DNA from: Utricularia gibba
Taxonomy: Eukaryota; Plantae; Magnoliophyta
Length of the DNA: 33,329 bases
NCBI GenBank assembly: GCA_002189035.1
Contig: NEEC01000216.1
Coordinates: 1 to 33,329, forward strand
Direction of reading: 5' to 3'
Part shown: positions 1 through 10,965 of the stretch, in pieces
Layout of the letters: each line of letters opens with the position of its first letter
How positions within the stretch are numbered: position 1 is the stretch's first letter
Translations under genes and position numbers: made by a program
Notes under the pieces: generated by a model
What the model saw: only the letters and a program-made list of their open reading frames with translations
Databases searched by the model: none
Told to the model about the DNA's origin: nothing

Positions 1-1626
1 GGGTGATGTCGTTGGGAACTTCGTTCGACCCAAGGTTCTGTCTGACTCCTTTGCCAATCGGGTCCTACTCGACGAAAATCGTGATGCAGTTATTGAAGTT
101 AGGATGTCATGAGCACCCAAAATGGTTTTCTCAACCGCATGCTTTATATTTGAGGAGGCTCTCGTGGGGCAACGGTATCGAGCAGGAGGTCGAGTCGAGC
201 TCGGGCCCATAGTCATTTGTAGCTCGGCAAAAAACTTGATGCATTTATTAACGTTGGGTTTTAATAGAACGCCTACATTGTTTTCTCAAGGAAAAGCTTG
301 TCGTTTTTGGGCGGGTTCTGAACTTCGTTCTGACCCCAGGTTCGGTCTGACTCCTTTGCCACATCGGGTCCTACTCGACGAAAATCGTGTGATGCAGTTA
401 TTGAAGTTAGGATGTCATGAGCACCCAAAATGGTTTTCTCAACCGCATGCTTTATATTTGATAAGGGCTCTCGTGGGGCAACGGTATCGAGCAGGAGGTC
501 GAGTCGAGCTCGGCCCAGAGTCATTTGTAGCCCGACAAAAAAATTGATGCATTTATTAACGTTCGGCGCTATTAGGCTGCCTACATAGTTTCTCAAGGAA
601 AAGCTTGTCGTTTCTGCGCGGGTGATGTCGTTGGGAACTTCGTTCGGACCCAAGGTTCTGTCTGACTCCTTTGCCACATCGGGTCCTACTCGACGAAAAT
701 CGTGATGCAGTTATTGAAGTTAGGATGTCATGAGCACCCAAAATGGTTTTCTCAACCGCATGCTTTATATTTGAGGAGGCGCTCTCGTGGGGCAACGGTA
801 TCGAGTAGGAGGTCGAGTCGAGCTCGGGCCCATAGTCATTTGTAGCTCGGCAAAAAACTTGATGCATTATTAACGTTGGTTTTAATAGAACGCCTACATT
901 GTTTTCTCAAGGAAAAGCTTGTCGTTTTGGGCGGGTGATGTCGTTGTGAACTTCGTTCTGACCCAAGGTTCGGTCTGACTCCTTTGCCACATCGGGTCCT
1001 ACTCGACGAAAATCGTGATGCAGTTATTGAAGTTAGGATGTCATGAGCACCCAAAATGGTTTTCTCAACCGCATGCTTTATATTTGATAAGGGCTCTCGT
1101 GGGGCAACGGTATCGAGTAGGAGGTCGAGTCGAGCTCGGGCCCATAGTCATTTGTAGCCCGCAAAAAATTGATGCATTTATTAACGTTCGGCTTATTAGG
1201 CTGCCTACATAGTTTCTCAAGGAAAAGCTTGTCGTTTCTGGCGGGTGATGTCGTTGGGAACTTCGTTCGGACCCAAGGTTCTGTCTGACTCCTTTGCCAC
1301 ATCGGGTCCTACTCGACGAAAATCGTGATGCAGTTATTGAAGTTAGGATGTCATGAGCACCCAAAATGGTTTTCTCAACCGCATGCTTTATATTTGAGGA
1401 GGCGCTCTCGTGGGGCAACGGTATCGAGCAGGAGGTCGAGTCGAGCTCGGGCCCAGAGTCATTTGTAGCCGACAAAAATATTGATGCATTTATTAACGTT
1501 CGGCGCTATTAGGCTGCCTACATAGTTTCTCAAGGAAAAGCTTGTCGTTTTCTGCGCGGGTGATGTCGTTGGGAACTTCGTTCGGACCCAAGGTTCTGTC
1601 TGACTCCTTTGCCACATCGGGTCCTA

Positions 1627-1818
1627 CTCGACGAAAATCGTGATGCAGTTATTGAAGTTAGGATGTCATGAGCACCCAAAATGGTTTTCTCAACCGCATG
1701 CTTTATATTTGAGGAGGCGCTCTCGTGGGGCAACGGTATCGAGCAGGAGGTCGAGTCGAGCTCGGGCCCATAGTCATTTGTAGCTCGGCAAAAAACTTGA
1801 TGCATTTATTAACGTTGG
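1627..1818 (+). repeat. Internal ~156/157-bp subrepeat: the monomer is a diverged dimer
   Basis: 1627-1661 CTCGACGAAAATCGTGATGCAGTTATTGAAGTTAG aligns ungapped with 1784-1818 CTCGGCAAAAAACTTGATGCATTTATTAACGTTGG at 27/35 identity, offset 157. AAATGGTTTTCTCAA occurs in both halves of one unit (6959-6973 and 7114-7128). Confidence 0.9.
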
Positions 1819-1870
1819 TTTTAATAGGCTGCCTACATGGTTTCTCAAGGAAAAGCTTGTCGTTTTTGGC

Positions 1871-2183
1871 GGGTGATGTCGTTGTGAACTTCGTTCTGAC
1901 CCAAGGTTCGGTCTGACTCCTTTGCCACATCGGGTCCTACTCGACGAAAATCGTGATGCAGTTATTGAAGTTAGGATGTCATGAGCACCCAAAATGGTTT
2001 TCTCAACCGCATGCTTTATATTTGAGGAGGCGCTCTCGTGGGGCAACGGTATCGAGCAGGAGGTCGAGTCGAGCTCGGGCCCATAGTCATTTGTAGCTCG
2101 GCAAAAAATTGATGCATTTATTAACGTTGGTTTTAATAGGCTGCCTACATGTTTTCTCAAGGAAAAGCTTGTCGTTTTTGGGC
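1871..2183 (+). repeat. Representative 313-bp monomer (class A)
   Basis: Runs from GGGTGATGTCGTTGTGAAC at 1871 to the next GGGTGATGTC at 2184. A consensus based on this copy, counted by hand, has ~164/313 A+T (~52%) and 19 CpG. It carries single SacI (GAGCTC), ApaI (GGGCCC), HindIII (AAGCTT), SphI (GCATGC) and NsiI (ATGCAT) sites. Confidence 0.95.
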
Positions 2184-2866
2184 GGGTGATGTCGTTGTGA
2201 ACTTCGTTCTGACCCAAGGTTCGGTCTGACTCCTTTGCCACATCGGGTCCTACTCGACGAAAATCGTGATGCAGTTATTGAAGTTAGGATTCATGAGCAC
2301 CCAAAATGGTTTTCTCAACCGCATGCTTTATATTTGAGGAGGCGCTCGTGGGGCAACGGTATCGAGCAGGAGGTCGAGTCGAGCTCGGGCCCATAGTCAT
2401 TGTAGCTCGGCAAAAAAATTGATGCATTTATTAACGTTGGTTTTAAGGCTGCCTACATAGTTTCTCAAGGAAAAGCTTGTCGTTTTTGGCGGGTGATGTC
2501 GTTGGAACTTCGTTCTGACCAAGGTTCTGTCTGACTCCTTTGCCACATCGGGTCCTACTCGACGAAAATCGTGATGCAGTTATTGAAGTTAGGATGTCAT
2601 GAGCACCCAAAATGGTTTTCTCAACCGCATGCTTTATATTTGAGGAGGCGCTCTCGTGGGGCAACGGTATCGAGCAGGAGGTCGAGTCGAGCTCGGGCCC
2701 ATAGTCATTTGTAGCTCGGCAAAAAACTTGATGCATTTATTAACGTTGGTTTTAATAGGCTGCCTAAATGGTTTTCTCAGGAAAAGCTTGTCGTTTTTGG
2801 GCGGGTGATGTCGTTGTGAACTTCGTTCTGACCAAGGTTCGGTCTGACTCCTTTGCCACATCGGGT

Positions 2867-4721
2867 CCTACTCGACGAAAATCGTGATGCAGTTATTGAA
2901 GTTAGGATGTCATGAGCACCCAAAATGGTTTTCTCAACCGCATGCTTTATATTTGAGGAGGCGCTCTCGTGGGGCAACGGTATCGAGCAGGAGGTCGAGT
3001 CGAGCTCGGCCCAGAGTCATTTGTAGCCCGCAAAAAATATTGATGCATTTATTAACGTTCGGCTATTAGGCTGCCTACATAGTTTCTCAAAGAAAAGCTT
3101 GTCGTTTCTGGCGGGTGATGTCGTTGGAACTTCGTTCGGACCCAAGGTTCTGTCTGACTCCTTTGCCACATCGGGTCCTACTCGACGAAAATCGTGATGC
3201 AGTTATTGAAGTTAGGATGTCATGAGCACCCAAAATGGTTTTCTCAACCGCATGCTTTATATTTGAAGGCGCTCTCGTGGGGCAACGGTATCGAGCAGGA
3301 GGTCGAGTCGAGCTCGGCCCATAGTCATTTGTAGCTCGGCAAAAAAATTGATGCATTTATTAACGTTGGTTTTAGGCTGCCTAAATGTTTTCTCAAGGAA
3401 AAGCTTGTCGTTTTTGGGCGGGTGATGTCGTTGTGAACTTCGTTCTGACCAAGGTTCGGTCTGACTCCTTTGCCACATCGGGTCCTACTCGACGAAAATC
3501 GTGATGCAGTTATTGAAGTTAGGATGTCATGAGCACCCAAAATGGTTTTCTCAACCGCATGCTTTATATTTGAGGAGGCGCTCTCGTGGGGCAACGGTAT
3601 CGAGCAGGAGGTCGAGTCGAGCTCGGGCCCAGAGTCATTTGTAGCCCGACAAAAAATTGATGCATTTATTAACGTTCGGCCTATTAGGCTGCCTACATAG
3701 TTTCTCAAGGAAAAGCTTGTCGTTTCTGCGGGTGATGTCGTTGGGAACTTCGTTCGGACCCAAGGTTCTGTCTGACTCCTTTGCCACATCGGGTCCTACT
3801 CGACGAAAATCGTGATGCAGTTATTGAAGTTAGGATGTCATGAGCACCCAAAATGGTTTTCTCAACGCATGCTTTATATTTGAGGAGGCGCTCTCGTGGG
3901 GCAACGGTATCGAGCAGGAGGTCGAGTCGAGCTCGGGCCCATAGTCATTTGTAGCGGCAAAAAATTGATGCATTTATTAACGTTGGTTTTATAGGCTGCC
4001 TACATGTTTTCTCAAAAAGCTTGTCGTTTTTGGGCGTGATGTCGTTGTGAACTTCGTTCTGACCAAGGTTCGGTCTGACTCTTTGCCACATCGGGTCCTA
4101 CTCGACGAAAATCGTGATGCAGTTATTGAAGTTAGGATGTCATGAGCACCCAAAATGGTTTTCTCAACCGCATGCTTTATATTTGAGGAGGCGCTCTCGT
4201 GGGCAACGGTATCGAGCAGGAGGTCGAGTCGAGCTCGGGCCCAGAGTCATTTGTAGCCGGCAAAAAATTGATGCATTTATTAACGTTCGGCGCTATAGGC
4301 TGCCTACATGTTTCTCAAGGAAAAGCTTGTCGTTTCTGCGCGGGTGATGTCGTTGGAACTTCGTTCGGACCCAAGGTTCTGTCTGACTCCTTTGCCACAT
4401 CGGGTCCTACTCGACGAAAATCGTGATGCAGTTATTGAAGTTAGGATGTCATGAGCACCCAAAATGGTTTTCTCAACCGCATGCTTTATATTTGAGGAGG
4501 CGCTCTCGTGGGGCAACGGTATCGAGCAGGAGGTCGAGTCGAGCTCGGGCCCATAGTCATTTGTAGCTCGGCAAAAAACTTGATGCATTTATTAACGTTG
4601 GTTTTAATAGGCTGCCTAAATGGTTTTCTCAGGAAAAGCTTGTCGTTTTTGGGCGGGTGATGTCGTTGTGAACTTCGTTCTGACCCAAGGTTCGGTCTGT
4701 CTCCTTTGCCAAATCTGGTCC
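2867..4721. repeat. Local 2-monomer (B-A) higher-order alternation, ~615-620 bp period
   Basis: The class-B block (CCCAGAG...AACGTTCGG...CATAGTTTC...TTCGGACCCAAGGTTCTG) starts at about 3010, 3630 and 4250, with class-A units in between. Confidence 0.7.
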
Positions 4722-5344
4722 TACTCGACGAAAATCGTGATGCAGTTATTGAAGTTAGGATTTCATGAGCACCCAAAATGGTTTTCTCAACCGCATGCTT
4801 TATATTTGAGGAGGCGCTCTCGTGGGGCAACGGTATCGAGCAGGAGGTCGAGTCGAGCTCGGCCCATAGTCATTTGTAGCTCGGCAAAAAACTTGATGCA
4901 TTTATTAACGTTGGTTTTAATAGGCGCCTAATAGGTTTTCTCAAGGAAAAGCTTGTCGTTTTGGGCGGGTGATGTCGTTGTGAACTTCGTTCTGACCATA
5001 GGTTCGGTCTGACTCCTTTGCCACATCGGGTCCTACTCGACGAAAATCGTGATGCAGTTATTGAAGTTAGGATGTCATGAGCACCCAAAATGGTTTTCTC
5101 AACCGCATGCTTTATATTTGAGGAGGCGCTCTCGTGGGGCAACGGTATCGAGCAGGAGGTCGAGTCGAGCTCGGGCCCATAGTCATTTGTAGCTCGGCAA
5201 AAAATTGATGCATTTATTAACGGTTGGTTTTAATAGGCTGCCTAAATGGTTTTCTCATGGAAAAGCTTGTCGTTTTGGGCGGGTGATGTCGTTGTGAACT
5301 TCGTTCTGACCCAAGGTTCGGTCTGTCCTTTGCCAAATCTGGTC

Positions 5345-8300
5345 CTACTCGACGAAAATCGTGATGCAGTTATTGAAGTTAGGATTTCATGAGCACCCAA
5401 AAGGTTTTCTCAACCGCTGCTTTATATTTGATAAGGCACTCTCGTGGGGCAACGGTATCGAGCAGGAGGTCGAGTCGAGCTCGGCCCAGAGTCATTTGTA
5501 GCCCGCAAAAAATTGATGCATTTATTAACGTTCGGTTATTAGGCTGCCTACATAGTTTCTCAAGGAAAAGCTTGTCGTTTCTGCGCGGTGATGTCGTTGG
5601 GAACTTCGTTCGGACCCAAGGTTCTGTCTGACTCCTTTGCCACATCGGGTCCTACTCGACGAAAATCGTGATGCAGTTATTGAAGTTAGGATGTCATGAG
5701 CACCCAAAATGGTTTTCTCAACCGCATGCTTTATATTTGAGGAGGCGCTCTCGTGGGGCAACGGTATCGAGCAGGAGGTCGAGTCGAGCTCGGGCCCATA
5801 GTCATTTGTAGCTCGGCAAAAAACTTGATGCATTTATTAACGGTTGGTTTTAATAGGCTGCCTCAATGGTTTTCTCAAGGAAAAGCTTGTCGTTTTTGGG
5901 CGGGTGATGTCGTTGTGAACTTCGTTCTGACCCAAGGTTCGGTCTGTCTCCTTTGCCAAATCTGGTCCTACTCGACGAAAATCGTGATGCAGTTATTGAA
6001 GTTAGGATTTCATGAGCACCCAAAATGCTTTTTCAATCGCATGCTTTGTATTTGAGGAGGCGCTCTAGTGGGGCACGGTATCGGGCAAAAGGTCGAGTCG
6101 AGCTCTCCCAGAGTCATTTTAGCCTGTCAAAAAAAGTGATGCATTTATTAACGTTGGGTTTTAATAGGCTGCCTCCATGGTTTCTCAAGGAAAAGCTTGT
6201 CGTTTCTGGGCGGGTGATGTCTTTTGGAACTTCGTTCTGACCATAGGTTCGGTCTGACTCCTTTGCCACATCGGGTCCTACTCGACGAAAATCATGATGC
6301 AGTTATTGAAGTTATGATATCATGAGCACCCAAAATGGTTTTCTCAACCGCATGCTTTATATTTGATAAGGCGCTCTCGTGGGGCAACGGTATCGAGCAG
6401 GAGGTCGAGTCGAGCTCGGGCCCAGAGTCATTTGTAGCCCGACAAAAAATTGATGCATTTATTAACGTTCGGCTTATTAGGCTGCCTACATAGTTTCTCA
6501 AGGAAAAGCTTGTCGTTTCTGGGCGGGTGATGTCGTTGGGAACTTCGTTCGGACCCAAGGTTCTGTCTGACTCCTTTGCCACATCGGGTCCTACTCGACG
6601 AAAATCGTGATGCAGTTATTGAAGTTAGGATGTCATGAGCACCCAAAATGGTTTTCTCAACCGCATGCTTTATATTTGAGGAGGCGCTCTCGTGGGGCAA
6701 CGGTATCGAGCAGGAGGTCGAGTCGAGCTCGGGCCCATAGTCATTTGTAGCTCGGCAAAAAACATGATGCATTAATTAACGTTGGGTTTTAATAGCGCCT
6801 ACATTGTTTTCTCAAGGAAAAGCTTGTCGTTTTGGGCGGGTGATGTCGTTGTGAACTTCGTTCTGACCCAAGGTTCGGTCTGACTCCTTTGCCACATCGG
6901 GTCCTACTCGACGAAAATCGTGATGCAGTTATTGAAGTTAGGATGTCATGAGCACCCAAAATGGTTTTCTCAACCGCATGCTTTATATTTGATAAGGTGC
7001 TCTCGTGGGGCAACGGTATCGAGTAGGAGGTCGAGTCGAGCTCGGCCCATAGTCATTTGTAGCTCGGCAAAAAACTTGATGCATTTATTAACGTTGGTTT
7101 TAATAGGCTGCCTAAATGGTTTTCTCAAGGAAAAGCTTGTCGTTTTTGGGCGGGTGATGTCGTTGTGAACTTCGTTCTGACCATAGGTTCGGTCTGACTC
7201 CTTTGCCACATCGGGTCCTACTCGACGAAAATCGTGATGCAGTTATTGAAGTTAGGATGTCATGAGCACCCAAAGTGGTTTTCTCAACCGCATGCTTTAT
7301 ATTTGAGGAGGCGCTCTCGTGGGCAACGGTATCGAGCAGGAGGTCGAGTCGAGCTCGGGCCCAGAGTCATTTGTAGCCCGACAAAAATATTGATGCATTT
7401 ATTAACGTTCGGCGCTATTAGGCTGCCTACATAGTTTCTCAAGAAAAGCTTGTCGTTTCTGCGCGGGTGATGTCGTTGGGAACTTCGTTCGGACCCAAGG
7501 TTCTGTCTGACTCCTTTGCCACATCGGGTCCTACTCAACGAAAATCGTGATGCAGTTATTGAAGTTAGGATGTCATGAGCACCCAAAATGGTTTTCTCAA
7601 CCGCATGCTTTATATTTGAGGAGGCGCTCTCGTGGGGCAACGGTATCGAGCAGGAGGTCGAGTCGAGCTCGGGCCCATAGTCATTTGTAGCTCGGCAAAA
7701 AACTTGATGCATTTATTAACGTTGGTTTTAATAGGCGCCTAAATGTTTTCTCAAGGAAAAGCTTGTCGTTTTTGGGCGGGTGATGTCGTTGTGAACTTCG
7801 TTCTGACCCAAGGTTCGGTCTGTCACTTTGCCAAATCTGGTCCTACTCGACGAAAATCGTGATGCAGTTATTGAAGTTAGGATTTCATGAGCACCCAAAA
7901 TGGTTTTCTCAACCGCATGCTTTATATTTGAGGAGGCGCTCTCGTGGGGCAACGGTATCGAGCAGGAGGTCGAGTCGAGCTCGGGCCCATAGTCATTTGT
8001 AGCTCGGCAAAAAACTTGATGCATTTATTAACGGTTGGTTTTAATAGGCCGCCTAAATGTTTTCTCATGAAAAGCTTGTCGTTTTTGGGCGGGTGATGTC
8101 GTTGTGAACTTCGTTCTGACAAGGTTCGGTCTGACTCCTTTGCCACATCGGTCCTACTCGACGAAAATCGTGATGCAGTTATTGAAGTTAGGATGTCATG
8201 AGCACCCAAAATGGTTTTCTCAACCGCATGCTTTATATTTGAGGAGGCGCTCTCGTGGGGCAACGGTATCGAGCAGGAGGTCGAGTCGAGCTCGGGCCCA

Positions 8301-8466
8301 TAGTCATTTGTAGCTCGGCAAAAAATTTGATGCATTTATTAACGTTGGTTTTAATAGGCCGCCTAAATGGTTTTCTCATGGAAAAGCTTGTCGTTTTGGG
8401 CGGGTGATGTCGTTGTGAACTTCGTTGTGACCCAAGGTTCGGTCTGTCACCTTTGCCAAATCTGGT
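5345..8466. repeat. 10-monomer higher-order unit, copy 1 (~3.12 kb)
   Basis: Rare variants recur at an offset of ~3122-3125 bp: ATAAGGCACT 5431/8554, TGCTTTTTCAATCGCATGCTTTGTA 6026/9151, TATGATATC ~6313/9430, and ACTCAACG/ACTCACG ~7533/10655. ORF-track peptides are identical at 5753..6055 vs 8878..9180 and at 6920..7168 vs 10042..10290. Confidence 0.9.
5967..6277 (+). repeat. Divergent class-C monomer (also 9093-9395; related copies near 18.7, 22.7-23.2, 24.1, 28.3, 29.5, 30.8 and 31.7 kb)
   Basis: Carries a cluster of substitutions absent from the bulk: AAAATGCTTTTTCAATCG, TTTGTATTTG, CTCTAGTGGGGCACGG, TCGGGCAAAAGG, CTCTCCCAGAG, TTTTAGCCTGTC, GTCTTTTGGAAC. Confidence 0.85.
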
Positions 8467-10965
8467 CCTACTCGACGAAAATCGTGATGCAGTTATTGAA
8501 GTTAGGATTCATGAGCACCCAAAAGGTTTTCTCAACCGCATGCTTTATATTTGATAAGGCACTCTCGTGGGGCAACGGTATCGAGCAGGAGGTCGAGTCG
8601 AGCTCGGCCCAGAGTCATTTGTAGCCCGCAAAAAATTGATGCATTTATTAACGTTCGGCACTATTAGGCTGCCTACATAGTTTCTCAAGGAAAAGCTTGT
8701 CGTTTCTGCGCGGTGATGTCGTTGGGAACTTCGTTCGGACCCAAGGTTCTGTCTGACTCCTTTGCCACATCGGGTCCTACTCGACGAAAATCGTGATGCA
8801 GTTATTGAAGTTAGGATGTCATGAGCACCCAAAATGGTTTTCTCAACCGCATGCTTTATATTTGAGGAGGCGCTCTCGTGGGGCAACGGTATCGAGCAGG
8901 AGGTCGAGTCGAGCTCGGGCCCATAGTCATTTGTAGCTCGGCAAAAAACTTGATGCATTTATTAACGGTTGGTTTTAATAGGCTGCCTCAATGGTTTTCT
9001 CAAGGAAAAGCTTGTCGTTTTTGGGCGGGTGATGTCGTTGTGAACTTCGTTCTGACCCAAGGTTCGGTCTGTCTCCTTTGCCAAATCTGGTCCTACTCGA
9101 CGAAAATCGTGATGCAGTTATTGAAGTTAGGATTTCATGAGCACCCAAAATGCTTTTTCAATCGCATGCTTTGTATTTGAGGAGGCGCTCTAGTGGGCAC
9201 GGTATCGGGCAAAAGGTCGAGTCGGGCCAGAGTCATTTTTAGCCTGTCAAAAAAAGTGATGCATTTATTAACGTTGGTTTTAATAGGATGCCTCCATGGT
9301 TTCTCAAGGAAAAGCTTGTCGTTTCTGGGCGGGTGATGTCTTTTGAACTTCGTTCTGACCAAGGTTCGGTCTGACTCCTTTGCCACATCGGGTCCTACTC
9401 GACGAAAATCGTGATGCAGTTATTGAAGTTATGATATCATGAGCACCCAAAATGGTTTTCTCAACCGCATGCTTTATATTTGATAAGGCGCTCTCGTGGG
9501 GCAACGGTATCGAGCAGGAGGTCGAGTCGAGCTTGGGCCCAGAGTCATTTGTAGCCCGACAAAAATATTGATGCATTTATTAACGTTCGGCTCTATTAGG
9601 CTGCCTACATAGTTTCTCAAGGAAAAGCTTGTCGTTTCTGGGCGGGTGATGTCGTTGGGAACTTCGTTCGGACCCAAGGTTCTGTCTGACTCCTTTGCCA
9701 CATCGGGTCCTACTCGACGAAAATCGTGATGCAGTTATTGAAGTTAGGATGTCATGAGCACCCAAAATGGTTTTCTTAACCGCATGCTTTATATTTGAGG
9801 AGGCGCTCTCGTGGGGCAACGGTATCGAGCAGGAGGTCGAGTCGAGCTCGGGCCCATAGTCATTTGTAGCTCGGCAAAAAACATGATGCATTAATTAACG
9901 TTGGGTTTTAATAGAACGCCTACATTGTTTTCTCAAGGAAAAGCTTGTCGTTTTTGGGCGGGTGATTTCGTTGTGAACTTCGTTCTGACCCAACGTTCGG
10001 TCTGACTCCTTTGCCACATCGGGTCCTACTCGACGAAAATCGTGATGCAGTTATTGAAGTTAGGATGTCATGAGCACCCAAAATGGTTTTCTCAACCGCA
10101 TGCTTTATATTTGATAAGGTGCTCTCGTGGGGCAACGGTATCGAGTAGGAGGTCGAGTCGAGCTCGGCCCATAGTCATTTGTAGCTCGGCAAAAAACTTG
10201 ATGCATTTATTAACGTTGGTTTTAATAGGCTGCCTAAATGGTTTTCTCAAGGAAAAGCTTGTCGTTTTTGGGCGGGTGATGTCGTTGTGAACTTCGTTCT
10301 GACCATAGGTTCGGTCTGACTCCTTTGCCACATCGGGTCCTACTCGACGAAAATCGTGATGCAGTTATTGAAGTTAGGATGTCATGAGCACCCAAATGGT
10401 TTTCTCAACCGCATGCTTTATATTTGAGGAGGCGCTCTCGTGGGGCAACGGTATCGAGCAGGAGGTCGAGTCGAGCTCGGGCCCAGAGTCATTTGTAGCC
10501 CGACAAAAAATTGATGCATTTATTAACGTTCGGCGCTATTAGGCTGCCTACATAGTTTCTCAAAGAAAAGCTTGTCGTTTCTGCGCGGGTGATGTCGTTG
10601 GGAACTTCGTTCGGACCCAAGGTTCTGTCTGACTCCTTTGCCACATCGGGTCCTACTCACGAAAATCGTGATGCAGTTATTGAAGTTAGGATGTCATGAG
10701 CACCCAAAATGGTTTTCTCAACCGCATGCTTTATATTTGAGGAGGCGCTCTCGTGGGGCAACGGTATCGAGCAGAGGTCGAGTCGAGCTCGGGCCCATAG
10801 TCATTTGTAGCTCGGCAAAAAACTTGATGCATTTATTAACGGTTGGTTTTAATAGGCCGCCTAAATGGTTTTCTCATGGAAAAGCTTGTCGTTTTGGGCG
10901 GGTGATGTCGTTGTGAACTTCGTTGTGACCCAAGGTTCGGTCTGTCACCTTTGCCAAATCTGGTC
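8467..10965. repeat. 10-monomer higher-order unit, copy 2 (about 8 monomers retained)
   Basis: Same diagnostic variants as copy 1, in the same order. The last unit (10653-10965: CTCATGG, GTTGTGAC, TGTCACC) resembles the final units of copy 1 (7843-8466), and the match ends after that. Confidence 0.85.

Noticed and set aside
97-104. Telomere-like motifs (GTTAGG in each unit, CCTAAA in some variants, TTTAGG near 3372 and 28695)
   Set aside because: Only isolated 5-6-bp partial matches on both strands. I saw no exact or tandem TTTAGGG/CCCTAAA.
311-325. Small deletions elsewhere (about 8 bp at ~315, 7 bp at ~25244, 6 bp at ~33026)
   Set aside because: Isolated single events that cannot be distinguished from sequencing error without reads, and they carry no further pattern.
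2035-2082. Possible G-quadruplex in GGGGCAACGGTATCGAGCAGGAGGTCGAGTCGAGCTCGGG
   Set aside because: It lacks four G3 runs with short loops, so at best it is a weak two-tetrad motif.
1871-2183. Cluster of 6-bp palindromes (TCATGA, GCATGC, GAGCTC, GGGCCC, ATGCAT, AACGTT, AAGCTT) and short hairpins (TTTTC-TCAAG-GAAAA)
   Set aside because: About 7 observed versus about 5 expected by chance in 313 bp. Stems are 5 bp or less, which does not support cruciforms, terminators or a structured RNA.
2498-2514. CENP-B-box-like TCGTTGGAA in some B-type units
   Set aside because: It lacks the essential TTCG and CGGG positions of NTTCGNNNNANNCGGGN. The GGAA form may also be just a 1-bp deletion of GGGAA, and CENP-B is not a known plant protein.
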